Below are positions 1-10,093 of a stretch of 64,000 bases of DNA, one piece after another (within the stretch, counting starts at the first letter, position 1; every line of letters begins with the position of its first letter). The DNA is from Candidatus Hodarchaeota archaeon (GTDB lineage Archaea; Asgardarchaeota; Lokiarchaeia; Sigyniarchaeales; SOKP01), in contig JBHLJY010000011.1 in assembly GCA_048887225.1 (NCBI GenBank), forward strand, positions 13,326 to 77,325, given 5' to 3'. The translations under genes were made by a program, and so were the position numbers. The notes under the pieces were generated by a model. That model was not told the DNA's origin. It was given only the letters and a program-made list of their open reading frames with translations, and did not search any database.

Positions 1-2
1 AA

Positions 3-341
3 GTAGAGAAAGATGCGAAAATAAAGAAAGAAATATTAAGTAAAATTAATATCTTCTCGATACCTCAAAGAATTGACAACAAAATATTAGACAATTTAGA
101 CGAAAATCAAAGGAAAGGCCTTTCCAAGCTAAGAACTTATTTAGTTGATCATGAAAAAATAGAGGCTGACTCAATACAAAATAAGATATTTTCTATTGCT
201 AAAGAAGATTTGAATATTCCTCCTAAAAAATTATTTGAGGCAATATATCAAATTATATTAGGAAGAAAAAATGGTCCTAAATTGGGACCTTTCTTAAAAA
301 TATTAGATAAAGAATGGCTATTAAATAGATTAAATATTTGA
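3..341 (+). CDS. lysS: Class I lysyl-tRNA synthetase, C-terminal fragment (5' truncated by window edge)
   Basis: Frame 3 reads ...IQNKIFSIAKEDLNIPPKKLFEAIYQIILGRKNGPKLGPFLKILDKEWLLNRLNI* (TGA 339-341); Y..I.G...GP+LG.F is typical of the class I LysRS anticodon-binding domain. Not in the ORF track. Confidence 0.85.
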   Translation, partial: VEKDAKIKKEILSKINIFSIPQRIDNKILDNLDENQRKGLSKLRTYLVDHEKIEADSIQNKIFSIAKEDLNIPPKKLFEAIYQIILGRKNGPKLGPFLKILDKEWLLNRLNI

Positions 342-350
342 GTTTGAGTC

Positions 351-554
351 TTAATCTTTATTGCTGTTCTTTTGTTTTTCAGATTCTTTTTTCCTCTTAA
401 ATCTTTTTTTCTTCTTTTTTTCTTGTATTATTTTATAACATTCAGGACAATAAGTTAAAGATTCTTCAATCATTTGCCCACATTTTTGGCAATGCTTATG
501 CGGATATACATAATAAGAGTCTCCCTTTTTTTTATATCGTTCGAATTTACTCAA
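351..554 (-). CDS. DUF2116-like small Zn-ribbon protein
   Basis: PHKHCQKCG...YCPEC (two CxxC) followed by a basic tail; TTG start. Confidence 0.7.
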   Translation of the reverse strand: MSKFERYKKKGDSYYVYPHKHCQKCGQMIEESLTYCPECYKIIQEKKKKKRFKRKKESEKQKNSNKD

Positions 555-614
555 TATTTAATCTCCGTTTTTTTAATAAATATAAAAGTCTTTAATTGGT
601 TATAACTTTTTTAA

Positions 615-1889
615 CTATTCAAGATTTTTAAGAGTAGAAACTCCACTATGATTTATTTTAATTCGAAAAAATTCAGCGTTTTTAAGTTGTTTTCTTATTT
701 CTAAAGGATAAGATGGAAATTTGGAATTAAATAAACTATCGTTAATAATTATCTCATTCAAGTTTTTCTTCCAATCTTGCAATACCTTGTTAATTTTTTC
801 TGGATTTACTAAAGCAAAAACAGATCCTCCTCCTCCTGCACCGGTTAATTTCGCAGCATAAACATCGGGATGATCTTCTATTAATTTAATTAGAATATTA
901 TTTGCTAATCCTATTCCATACTCAAATCCGGCTTCACTCATAACTTGATTCATTATATTAGTGTTTTCTTTAAACAATTTTCCTAAAAGTCTCCAATCTT
1001 GCTTCATTAAAGCAAATCGAGATTTCCACGCTATTTTCGCAAGTTTTCTGTAATGATCTAGAATTTTAGGGTCCTCTAGTAAATATTTTTTTCTTAACGT
1101 ACTATGAACACCTCCACTTTCGTGAAAGAATCCAGAAAAACAAATGATTATTGGTAATTCAGATATATTATATGTGTTATCAATTCTATCGTAAACGGCC
1201 AATGGTTCCATGGAAATATCTTTATGAAATAATTTTCCATAGTAAGAACAAAAGCATAAGCCGCCCCTACTTATAACATAACGGTCTGAATAACCAGCAG
1301 TGATCTTAAGATCTTCATCTTCAATTTTAGTTGCCATTTCTGCAATTATATCTTTATTAATTGGAAAATCTGCTTCTTTAACATAAGAAAGACTTTTATA
1401 TAAATTGAAATAATTAGCAAATCCATAAAGGATAGATATTATTATTGCTGCACTACCACCTAGACCACTCTGTCGAGGAATGGTTGTGAGGAGTCCAATT
1501 TCAAAATTTTGCTCTAAAAATCTATCCCAAAAAATAGAATTTGTTTTGTGAAATCTATATATACAAGCATAAATTAATTTGAACTTTCCCGTAAATTTTT
1601 TTTTTATCTCTGTTAAATCCTTCTGTAATTCCTCTTCATATTCTATTTCAAAGTTATAATTTTCCCTACTTTTTTTTACTTTGTAAAATTTTATTCTATT
1701 TACACCAGTTACCTTTTTTATGTAGAAAAAAGCAGATAATGGATTCTCTCTACCATTAATAGCTACAGAAGGCATCCAGAAATCACCCTCAACAGCATCT
1801 AAAGGATTTATCAAATTAATTCTTGATGGGGCTTGAACGATAATCTCTGGATTTAGACTATGTAAAAATTTTATAATAGAATTTAACAA
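615..1889 (-). CDS. GHMP-family sugar kinase (glucuronokinase/heptose-kinase-like)
   Basis: APSRI N-terminal motif, IPRQSGLGGSAA ATP-binding loop, AKLTGAGGGG C-terminal motif. Confidence 0.8.
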   Translation of the reverse strand: MLNSIIKFLHSLNPEIIVQAPSRINLINPLDAVEGDFWMPSVAINGRENPLSAFFYIKKVTGVNRIKFYKVKKSRENYNFEIEYEEELQKDLTEIKKKFTGKFKLIYACIYRFHKTNSIFWDRFLEQNFEIGLLTTIPRQSGLGGSAAIIISILYGFANYFNLYKSLSYVKEADFPINKDIIAEMATKIEDEDLKITAGYSDRYVISRGGLCFCSYYGKLFHKDISMEPLAVYDRIDNTYNISELPIIICFSGFFHESGGVHSTLRKKYLLEDPKILDHYRKLAKIAWKSRFALMKQDWRLLGKLFKENTNIMNQVMSEAGFEYGIGLANNILIKLIEDHPDVYAAKLTGAGGGGSVFALVNPEKINKVLQDWKKNLNEIIINDSLFNSKFPSYPLEIRKQLKNAEFFRIKINHSGVSTLKNLE

Positions 1890-2001
1890 AACTCTTACTT
1901 ATAGCAACTTTTTTTAATTAAATAAAAATGCTAGGAATTTATAAGTTTTTTTCGAAATTATTAGCGTGTCAAGAACAAAAACTCAAAAAACAATAGAGTT
2001 T

Positions 2002-2265
2002 TTAAAAAACACCCAGATCAATAGAGATGTCTTGAGCAGAGTTGTCTGGATGTAATTTAACGAATGCCTTTTTCTCTCCTGTAGCTGTGATTAATGTATT
2101 AATTTTTATAACTTTTACTTTATGGAGTTTTTCAATTGCGCGTTTTATTTGGCTTTTATTTGCTAGTCTGTCAACAATAAACACTAATTTATTCTCATGT
2201 TCAATTAGATCAAATGTTTTTTCTGTAATTAATGGTCTTTTAATTATTTTGTAATATGACTCCAA
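2002..2265 (-). CDS. rpl23: 50S ribosomal protein uL23
   Basis: [35 protein letters not shown]; TTG start 1 nt after the rpl4 stop. Confidence 0.97.
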   Translation of the reverse strand: MESYYKIIKRPLITEKTFDLIEHENKLVFIVDRLANKSQIKRAIEKLHKVKVIKINTLITATGEKKAFVKLHPDNSAQDISIDLGVF

Positions 2266-2266
2266 T

Positions 2267-3058
2267 TTAAATTACCGCCTTGAATTTATTCTTTAACTCA
2301 TTAATGGCTGATTGAGTCCAAATGATTAATCTTCCTGCAATCCCTCCTGGGGCTAATTTATCAATCGACAAATTGTCCACATTAATAACTTCAGTTCCAG
2401 GAATGTTTCTTGAAGATTTTACTATTCCATAATCGTCTTTTATGACAATTAGAATTCCTTTTTTTCGTTTATATTTGCGCCCTCTTCTCTTTCCTTTCCC
2501 AGCTCTAATTTTTTTACTTTCTTTCACTTTTATCAATTCCTCTTTAAATCCTAAAGCATTTAAAATTGAGTAAATTTGTTCAGTTTTTTTAATTGTTTGA
2601 ATTTTATCATCTACGACTAGAGGAATCTCAGTGATATGTTGAATTTTATGCCCTCTTTTATGAACCCATGAGGCGGTTCCAGAAGCAGATATAGCAGATA
2701 TTATTGAAAGTTCACGAGTTTTTTTATTCATTTTTTTAGTTATATTTTTTTCGTTTTTTATAGGATGAGTTCTTCTACCTCCTTTAGCAAAAGGTACTCT
2801 ACCGACATTTCTTGCTGTAGCATATCCTGAGCCTTTAAGTCTGGGTGCTCTTGACATTCCATGTCCAGTTCCCCAGCTCTCTGCAGTATTTCTTAAACCA
2901 GCTCTTTTGTCTCTCCCTTGAATTTGTTTCTTATTACTTTGAATGATTTCAATAGCTTTCTGAATAATATCTTTTCTCGGTTTGAAATTAAATATCTCGG
3001 GTTTTTCAATTAGACCTTTTTTCTTCCCATCCAAACCGTAAACATTTATTTTTTCCAT
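2267..3058 (-). CDS. rpl4: 50S ribosomal protein uL4
   Basis: [44 protein letters not shown]. Confidence 0.97.
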   Translation of the reverse strand: MEKINVYGLDGKKKGLIEKPEIFNFKPRKDIIQKAIEIIQSNKKQIQGRDKRAGLRNTAESWGTGHGMSRAPRLKGSGYATARNVGRVPFAKGGRRTHPIKNEKNITKKMNKKTRELSIISAISASGTASWVHKRGHKIQHITEIPLVVDDKIQTIKKTEQIYSILNALGFKEELIKVKESKKIRAGKGKRRGRKYKRKKGILIVIKDDYGIVKSSRNIPGTEVINVDNLSIDKLAPGGIAGRLIIWTQSAINELKNKFKAVI

Positions 3059-3068
3059 AATATCAGAA

Positions 3069-4088
3069 TTATTTTCTCTGTTGGCTTTCTCTATTTATAA
3101 AAGTAATTTCTGGAGATTTAACTTCAAATGATTTTAATGGCCGAATGGTTTTTCTTAATCTGATTAATCTTTTTTTTGGTCCGGGCACAGATCCTAAAAT
3201 TAAAAGATAATCTCCTTTAATTCTTCCATAATTGATTAATCCCCCCTTAGGATTAATTTCTTCCTCATTTTCACCAATTTGCATAATTCTTTTATGATAT
3301 TCCGTTCTTTGATGAAATCCTAATTGCCCTGGGCGCGGTACAGTATAAAGGACTCTGGCAGGATGCCAAGGTCCTATACACGCTACAGCTCGTTTAATTT
3401 TATTGTTTTTTCTGGTTAAAATCTTTATCCCAAATCTTTTAACAGGACCTTGAAATCCTTTCCCTTTCGTTACAGCAATTACATCAATTAAATCTCCTTC
3501 AGTTAAAACGTCTCGAGCTCTTATTTCTTTTCCTAGGTGTGCTAGAGCAAACTTGAATTCTTCGACTGAGTTTTTTATTAAATTTACTTTGATTTCAATT
3601 ATATCTGGTTTTTTTCTAGGTAATGATGTTTTGTAGGGTTGAGTTTGAAAAATTCCTCTAATTTCTGTCGATTGATTTATTTTATTCATTAAATCTTCCT
3701 TGATTTCGTTAAAATTATAACTTTCCAAATTTGGAATATTAATTTTACGAGGTAAATAATTACTAATTTCTTTTGTGAAAATTTCTCCTAAAACATATTT
3801 CCCATAATCATCTCTACTATATAGTCTCACACCAATTAAGAGGAGAGGAGGAACTTCAATTATAGAGACTGGTTTCATTAATTCTTTTCCATAATAAGGA
3901 CTATTTTTTTGATCTTCAATATACATAATATGGGTCATACCGGCTTTAAAACCAGCAAATCCAAGAAAATTAATTTCATCCGAGGTATCACACCAATGTC
4001 TAATGCGTCCTTTAATTGATTTTGCTCTTTTTCTTGGAAGGAATGCTAATGATCCATGTCTCGGTGCATGTTTTTTCCGATGACCCAT
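3069..4088 (-). CDS. rpl3: 50S ribosomal protein uL3
   Basis: PRHGSLAFLPRKR, GFKAGMTH, TKGKGFQGPVKRFG, CIGPWHP, GQLGFHQRTE. Confidence 0.98.
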   Translation of the reverse strand: MGHRKKHAPRHGSLAFLPRKRAKSIKGRIRHWCDTSDEINFLGFAGFKAGMTHIMYIEDQKNSPYYGKELMKPVSIIEVPPLLLIGVRLYSRDDYGKYVLGEIFTKEISNYLPRKINIPNLESYNFNEIKEDLMNKINQSTEIRGIFQTQPYKTSLPRKKPDIIEIKVNLIKNSVEEFKFALAHLGKEIRARDVLTEGDLIDVIAVTKGKGFQGPVKRFGIKILTRKNNKIKRAVACIGPWHPARVLYTVPRPGQLGFHQRTEYHKRIMQIGENEEEINPKGGLINYGRIKGDYLLILGSVPGPKKRLIRLRKTIRPLKSFEVKSPEITFINRESQQRK

Positions 4089-4260
4089 AACTAATCACTT
4101 AGACTTTAAAAATAAGAATTTTTCAAGATAATTAAATTTTTTGAAAATCTTAATGATAGATTGCTTAATCTGATTGAATCTTAGCAAGATTTCATTTTAA
4201 ATGAATATGTGTGTTGGATGAAATCATCTTAGCTAGAAAAGATTAAATAATAAAAAATTA

Positions 4261-4761
4261 ATGATTATAATTATGAGAACCTTAAAATTAAAAGGTTTAA
4301 AATATAATAAGGGTAAGTTTGAATTATTTAATAATCGTTTTGTTTTCTTTCCCCCCCAATTAATTGATATTTTATCATCAATTTACGGTGAAGGTGTAAA
4401 GTCATTATTGGTATGGTTAGGAAAAAAAGCAGGTTGGACCTTAATACAACAATGGGAAGAAAATCTAAAACCAAAAACTTTAGATGATTTAGTTAATCAC
4501 TTTTGTAATATAATAAGTAATCAAGGGTGGGGTCGTTTTGTTCCCAAAAAAATATCAGAAGATTTAATAGCTATAGAACTTCATCATAATATTTCTTCTA
4601 CGTTAGAAAATAAATCAAAATCTTTTTGTTATTTCATTAATGGTTTATTATCTGGTTTCGGGGAGTTTGCTTTGTATAGAGTATCTGTGTTAGAACCATA
4701 TTGTTGTCTTGAAAATTCTAACTTAAAAATTTGTGAATATCAAATCAAGAAAATAAGTTAA
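4261..4761 (+). CDS. V4R-domain (Bet3/TRAPP-related fold) protein
   Basis: G...L...R N-terminus, LGKKAG, QGWG, CYFINGLLSG, E..C......C pattern of V4R. Confidence 0.75.
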   Translation: MIIIMRTLKLKGLKYNKGKFELFNNRFVFFPPQLIDILSSIYGEGVKSLLVWLGKKAGWTLIQQWEENLKPKTLDDLVNHFCNIISNQGWGRFVPKKISEDLIAIELHHNISSTLENKSKSFCYFINGLLSGFGEFALYRVSVLEPYCCLENSNLKICEYQIKKIS

Positions 4762-4771
4762 ATGGTTCTAG

Positions 4772-5155
4772 TTACCAAGGATCCCATTCTTCTGGATTTA
4801 ATTCATCCTTCTCGTCTTCCTTAATTGAATCTTCTGACTTTATTTGATAATCCTCGTCTTCTCTTTCTGAGTATTCTTGAACTTCTTGCGAGTTATCTTC
4901 AATTATATTTAACTCACTTTCTAGTAATATAGACTCTTCTCCAATAACCACGTCTTTAAATGCAGATATTAGAGAAAGAAATTTGAGAAACTCTTCTTTC
5001 TTCATCTCAACTTTAACAGATTTATCATCATTAATTAGGCCAAGCTTAATTAATTTGACTTCACCACTAATTTCTACGGAAGTTATTTCTATGGAGTCTT
5101 CTGTTTCTTTTAATTGAATTTTCCACGAAGTCTCTCTTTTTTTTTCAATCTCCAT
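4772..5155 (-). CDS. Hypothetical protein with acidic C-terminal tail
   Basis: 127-aa ORF; beta-rich N-half, then a helix, then a D/E-rich tail ending EEWDPW. Confidence 0.7.
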   Translation of the reverse strand: MEIEKKRETSWKIQLKETEDSIEITSVEISGEVKLIKLGLINDDKSVKVEMKKEEFLKFLSLISAFKDVVIGEESILLESELNIIEDNSQEVQEYSEREDEDYQIKSEDSIKEDEKDELNPEEWDPW

Positions 5156-5256
5156 TTTTTCACATTATAGAATTGTTAAAGTTCATTAATAAAATAAAAA
5201 TTCTTAAATTTAAAATTTTACATGTTTGAGATTAAATTTTTAGTTTTTTTTTAAAT

Positions 5257-5550
5257 TTAATAATTATTTTCCCAGATTTCTATGAATTTTTTTAAAATCT
5301 TTGCTTTAAGATTTTCTGTTTTATATCTATAAATTTTAATTCGTCCAAATTTCTTTTCTTGGATTAAATTGAATGATTTTAAAAGATTTAAATGCTTATT
5401 GACATTAGAATGGTTTAATTTCGTTTTAGAAATAATTAACGATATATTCAATTCGTCATTTAATGCTAGAGTTTTTAGAATTTTAATTCTAGCTTTTGAT
5501 CCTAATAAATCTTCGATGATATATTTTTTACTTTTTTCATTGATGATCAT
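5257..5550 (-). CDS. ArsR-like winged-helix transcription regulator
   Basis: LGSKARIKILK.L, LNIS.I...T.LNHS.V..HL..L....LI.EKKFGR..IY. Confidence 0.85.
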   Translation of the reverse strand: MIINEKSKKYIIEDLLGSKARIKILKTLALNDELNISLIISKTKLNHSNVNKHLNLLKSFNLIQEKKFGRIKIYRYKTENLKAKILKKFIEIWENNY

Positions 5551-5913
5551 ATCTTTATCCCTTTAGAATTAGAAATACTTATGATTTTGTATAATTGTGA
5601 AACGGAACATTTTTAAGAAAATACGGAGTAATAATTTTTCATTACATTTTTTTTGTTTTTTCCCCCTTACTGTGATAGATTAGGAAGAAATTTTTTTTAT
5701 TTAAAAATGACTGTACCAAGTTTTTAAAACCGATAGAGTAGTTCATTAAAAGAAGATCCAAATGGCAAAAAGATTGAACTCTATTGGATCCTAATACCAT
5801 ATAGAAACCAAGACTCTCAATAAGATCACTGGACAGATTTCTGGATTGAAAATTATGATTAATTAATTGATTGTGGTGAAAATCTTGCTTTTTTATCGTA
5901 GAAATTAGGTTTT

Positions 5914-5990
5914 TGGTGCGGAGAGGGGGCTTCGAACCCCCGACCTCACGGTTATCAGCCGTGCGCTATACCAGGCTAAGCCACCTCCGC
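5914..5990 (-). tRNA. tRNA-Ile(GAT), CCA encoded, no intron
   Basis: Reverse complement GCGGAGG-TGGCTTAGCCTGGTATAGCG-CACGG CTGATAA CCGTG-AGGTC-GGGGGTTCGAAGCCCC-CTCTCCGC-ACCA folds as a cloverleaf. Confidence 0.97.
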
Positions 5991-6191
5991 GTAACGTTGC
6001 CCCAAGATACATTAAAACATATCGTTTTAATTTAATTAAAATAAATATTAAATTAGGCTTAATGATCAATTCTAATAATAAATGGTTAAAAAAATTTTTG
6101 ACTATATTATAATTAAAAGGTTCTTTCGATAAATAAAACCATCCTTTAACCGTTATTTTTTTAATTAATTGGCTCTGTTAATTATTTATAA

Positions 6192-6785
6192 ATGAAAATA
6201 ATTATCCTCTCGGGAACTCCTGGATGCGGCAAGACATCAGTTTCAAAAAAAATTTCTGAAAAGATTAAAGCAAAAATTATATCATTAAACGAATTAGCAG
6301 TTTCAGAAAACTTAACACTTAAATATGATAAAAAGAGAGAAACTTATGTTGTTGATTTCAATAAATTAATCCCATATGTAGAAAATCTGATTGAATTACA
6401 TAAAAAAGAAAACACAGAATTTCTTTTAATCGAAGGACATTTTTCCGATGCAATCCCCGATAAATATATTGACTACGTCATTATTTTACGGTGTAATCCA
6501 GATGAGCTGTATAAAAGATTAGAAAAAAGAGGCTATAAGAAAGAGAAAATTAGAGAAAATGTACAAGCAGAGATTTTAGGTAATTGCACTAATTTTTTTA
6601 TTCATAAACAAATAAAATCACCTATGTATGAGATTGATACTACAGATTTATCAGAGGATTCTATAGCAAAAATTATAATAGATTTGATTATAAAAGAAGT
6701 TAAGGCAGAAAATTATATTCTTGGGAAAATAGATTGGCTTGAAATTTTAGCCCAAAATGACCGTATACATGAATTTTTTGACTAA
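6192..6785 (+). CDS. AK6/Fap7(hCINAP)-type adenylate kinase/ATPase
   Basis: GTPGCGKT P-loop, IEGH motif, LRC.P..L..RL..RGY..EK..EN..AE. Confidence 0.9.
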   Translation: MKIIILSGTPGCGKTSVSKKISEKIKAKIISLNELAVSENLTLKYDKKRETYVVDFNKLIPYVENLIELHKKENTEFLLIEGHFSDAIPDKYIDYVIILRCNPDELYKRLEKRGYKKEKIRENVQAEILGNCTNFFIHKQIKSPMYEIDTTDLSEDSIAKIIIDLIIKEVKAENYILGKIDWLEILAQNDRIHEFFD

Positions 6786-6817
6786 AAAGTTTTTGCATAG
6801 CTTTAGTTATCATAAAA

Positions 6818-8473
6818 ATGAATTATGAAATAATAGATATAGATGCCCTTGGCAGAATTGGAAAAATTAAGATTGGAAATAAGCATATAATTACTCCTAA
6901 CCTATTTCCCGTCGTCCATCCTTATAAAAATATATTGAAACCGCCAGAATTAAAAAGATTTGGTGCTCAAGGCATATTTACAAACGCTTATATCATTCAT
7001 CAAAATGATCAATTAAAAGAAGGTGTCTTGAAAAAGGGATTACATCGATATTTAGATTTTGATGGGCTAATCGCAACTGACTGTGGTGCATTTCAGCAAT
7101 ATATCTATAATACTGATATATTAGATATTGACCCAGAGACTATTGAAAAATTTCAGGAGATTATTGGATCAGATTTTCCGGTTATTTTAGATATACCTGT
7201 CCAACTAGACGATGATTATGAAACAGCTAAAACTAAAGTGCTCACAACATTAAATAGAGCAAAAGATAATATTAAAAGAAGGACTAATCAAAATTGTCAT
7301 TGGATTGGACCAATACACGGAGCAAAATATTTTGATTTACTAGAATTAAGTACAAATGAAATGAGCAAACTTAATTTTGGGATTTATGCAATTGGTGGAC
7401 TTGTAAAAGCATTACTGGATTATCGGTTTGATTTAACTCTTAAAATTTTATTAACTGTGAAAAAAAATCTTGTTTCTGACAAACCATTACATATGTTTGG
7501 ATTAGGATTACCTCAATTTTTTTCATTAGCCATCGCTTGCGGATGTGATTTAATGGATTCCGCAGCATATATCTTATTCGCTAAAGAAAATCGATATTTT
7601 ACATTATCAACAGGAACAAAAAAACTCGAGGAATTAGAAGAGTTTCCTTGCCATTGCCCTATTTGTTGCAGATATAATCCTAAAGAATTGAAATCTTTCG
7701 ATGAGAACTTAAGAACTGAACTGTTGGCAAAGCATAATTTATACCTCTCTTTTTCTGAGTTAAAAACGATAAGGCAAGCTATAAGAGATGGAAACTTATG
7801 GGAACTTGTAGAGCAGAGAATAAGAAATCATCCTGCTCTTAAAGAAGCTGCTAATATTATTAAAGAGTATAGCGAATATTTTGAAATTCATGAGAAGATT
7901 TACAAGAACCATGGGAGATTATTTGCTTCCAGTGAAAGTATTAATAGACCTATATTTCATAGATACGAGAAAAAGCTTAAAATTCATTATCGAGTCCCTA
8001 TTGAAGCAAAATATCTAGTTGTTTTGCCAGAATTGGACGTAAAGGGTGTAAACTCACCAACTATAAATAAGTGGTTGGATACTATAAACAATAATATCAT
8101 AATTCCAAGAGAATTTTTACATATTGTTTTTATAACTGAATTTTTTGGAATGATTCCCCTTGAATTATCCGAAACATTTCCATTGGGACAATATGAATCA
8201 ATTAGTAGTACTGGGAAAAATGATTTGATATACGAGAATTCATTAAAAAAGTCAGAAATCTTTTTCGACCTTTTTTCAAAATATTATGAAAAATGTGGTG
8301 TTTTAATCCCTGAAAAAATTTTTAATCAATTCGGAGATTATGTTGATTTTTCTATAAATAATCCAATTTTTGGATTAATCCCCATAATAAAATCTAAATT
8401 TAATTCAAATTTTGAAGTTTTTAATAATCTGAAAGAATTATTATATTATTTCAAAGATGATAATATTAAATGA
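6818..8473 (+). CDS. tgtA: Archaeosine tRNA-guanine(15) transglycosylase
   Basis: GRIGK, TP..FPV, TNAYI, DCGAFQ, HMFGLG.P, GCDLMDSAAY, CHCPIC Zn site, LWELVEQR.R.HP. Confidence 0.93.
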   Translation: MNYEIIDIDALGRIGKIKIGNKHIITPNLFPVVHPYKNILKPPELKRFGAQGIFTNAYIIHQNDQLKEGVLKKGLHRYLDFDGLIATDCGAFQQYIYNTDILDIDPETIEKFQEIIGSDFPVILDIPVQLDDDYETAKTKVLTTLNRAKDNIKRRTNQNCHWIGPIHGAKYFDLLELSTNEMSKLNFGIYAIGGLVKALLDYRFDLTLKILLTVKKNLVSDKPLHMFGLGLPQFFSLAIACGCDLMDSAAYILFAKENRYFTLSTGTKKLEELEEFPCHCPICCRYNPKELKSFDENLRTELLAKHNLYLSFSELKTIRQAIRDGNLWELVEQRIRNHPALKEAANIIKEYSEYFEIHEKIYKNHGRLFASSESINRPIFHRYEKKLKIHYRVPIEAKYLVVLPELDVKGVNSPTINKWLDTINNNIIIPREFLHIVFITEFFGMIPLELSETFPLGQYESISSTGKNDLIYENSLKKSEIFFDLFSKYYEKCGVLIPEKIFNQFGDYVDFSINNPIFGLIPIIKSKFNSNFEVFNNLKELLYYFKDDNIK

Positions 8474-8898
8474 CGATACTGGAAAAAATTTTTGCTTATG
8501 GACACGAAAATATACTCTGCACTCATACTACTACTATTGAATTAACGAAAGAAAGCCATATTACAAATAGAGGCAACTGTATTTTGGGGATTAATGCTTC
8601 AAAATCGTGTATAGATCTTAATCCTATTTTAAAAGAAAATATTAAAAATGAAAAAAAAATTCTGGTCTCTGTTAGAATTGAGAATCTAATTGATTCGTTT
8701 TATGGTTTTGGAAATAAATATTTAACTTTACTAGATAAACAAGATTTAGTTTTCCGAAAAAGCGATTATATCTGTGATAGAACTGTTTTAATTAATTGTA
8801 CAAAATCATCAAGCGATATAAATCGTAACTTGATTAAAAGACTAAAAAACTCTAAAACTAAATTTTCTATAATATTTGAAACAGACGATGACAACTAA
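8470..8898 (+). CDS. DUF371 family protein
   Basis: GHENI..TH.TT.E.TKE..IT.RG.CI.G and VFRKSDYICDRT. Confidence 0.88.
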   Translation: MTILEKIFAYGHENILCTHTTTIELTKESHITNRGNCILGINASKSCIDLNPILKENIKNEKKILVSVRIENLIDSFYGFGNKYLTLLDKQDLVFRKSDYICDRTVLINCTKSSSDINRNLIKRLKNSKTKFSIIFETDDDN

Positions 8899-10033
8899 AA
8901 CCAAAGACATTAATTATCTAAAAACAAAAAAGGAAAATGGGCAAGCTTTTATCAAGTTAATAAGTAGAAAGTTTAAAAACTACGAATTAATTGATGAAAA
9001 ATACAAAATCTTAAGAGAAAACGATTATATTTTATTCCCTTTAATAGATAATAATTATTTAATAGATAAGTTGACAGGATCCATTGGAAATACTTTTGGT
9101 TTTAAAATTATATCTAAAAAAGCTATACCAAATCCAAAATATATGTATAAATCTCTTGAAGAAGTTTTAAAAAATAAAATTCCAGAGAAATATTTTAATC
9201 TAGTTCCAAAATCATATGATATACTAGGAAATATAGCTATAATCGAGTTTGATAAATTTAAATCTTATGATGAAAAAAAAATTAATTTATTTAAAAGAGA
9301 AATAGGCGAAGCGATTACAATTACAAATAAAAAAGTTAAAACAGTATATGAAAAAACTAGCAAAATCAAAGGAAAATATAGATTAAGAGAATTAGGGCTC
9401 CTGTATGGTGAAAATAACTCTGAAACTATTTATAAAGAGAATAAGTGCCTTTTTAAACTAGATGTAAAATGCACTTTCTTTACACCAAGATTAATTTTTG
9501 AAAGGCGACGTATTGCTTCAAGTGATATTAAAAAGAATGAAATTATTGTTGATTTATTTGCTGGAATTGGACCTACTTCCATTCAGATTGCTAAAAAACA
9601 TAATGTCATTATACATGCTTTTGATATGAATCCAGATGCTTATAATTACCTTATGGAAAATATCAAATTGAATAAAATGAAAGGTAAGGTGATTCCCCAT
9701 AAATTAAATATAAAACAACTCCTTGATCCTTCAAATCAATTAGGGCTGTCATTAAAAAGTAAAGTAGATAGAATAATAATGAATTTACCCGAAAGATCTT
9801 TAGAATACATAGATATAGTATGCTTTTTAATGAAGAAATCTGGTGGAATTTTGCACAATTATCAGTTCTGTAAAAAACCTAATCAAATTAAAAAAGCAAT
9901 AAGAGATCTAAATCTAAAACTAAATAAATTAAACTGGTTTGTTGAAAAAGAGCTCAATGCCAAAATTGTTAAGTCTTATTCACCAAAATCGGATTTAGTT
10001 GGAGTAGATTTATATATAAAATCAAAGGTTTAA
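8876..10033 (+). CDS. trm5: Trm5-family (Met-10+) tRNA m1G37 methyltransferase
   Basis: SYDILGNIA, G.YRLR, T.YKEN, FFTPRL..ER.R, DLFAGIGP SAM motif, RIIMNLP. Confidence 0.9.
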   Translation: MKQTMTTKTKDINYLKTKKENGQAFIKLISRKFKNYELIDEKYKILRENDYILFPLIDNNYLIDKLTGSIGNTFGFKIISKKAIPNPKYMYKSLEEVLKNKIPEKYFNLVPKSYDILGNIAIIEFDKFKSYDEKKINLFKREIGEAITITNKKVKTVYEKTSKIKGKYRLRELGLLYGENNSETIYKENKCLFKLDVKCTFFTPRLIFERRRIASSDIKKNEIIVDLFAGIGPTSIQIAKKHNVIIHAFDMNPDAYNYLMENIKLNKMKGKVIPHKLNIKQLLDPSNQLGLSLKSKVDRIIMNLPERSLEYIDIVCFLMKKSGGILHNYQFCKKPNQIKKAIRDLNLKLNKLNWFVEKELNAKIVKSYSPKSDLVGVDLYIKSKV

Positions 10034-10093
10034 TAATAACTGTTAATCAAAATAATACCTAATCTTAAATAAAAAATAATGAATTCCTAAAAA

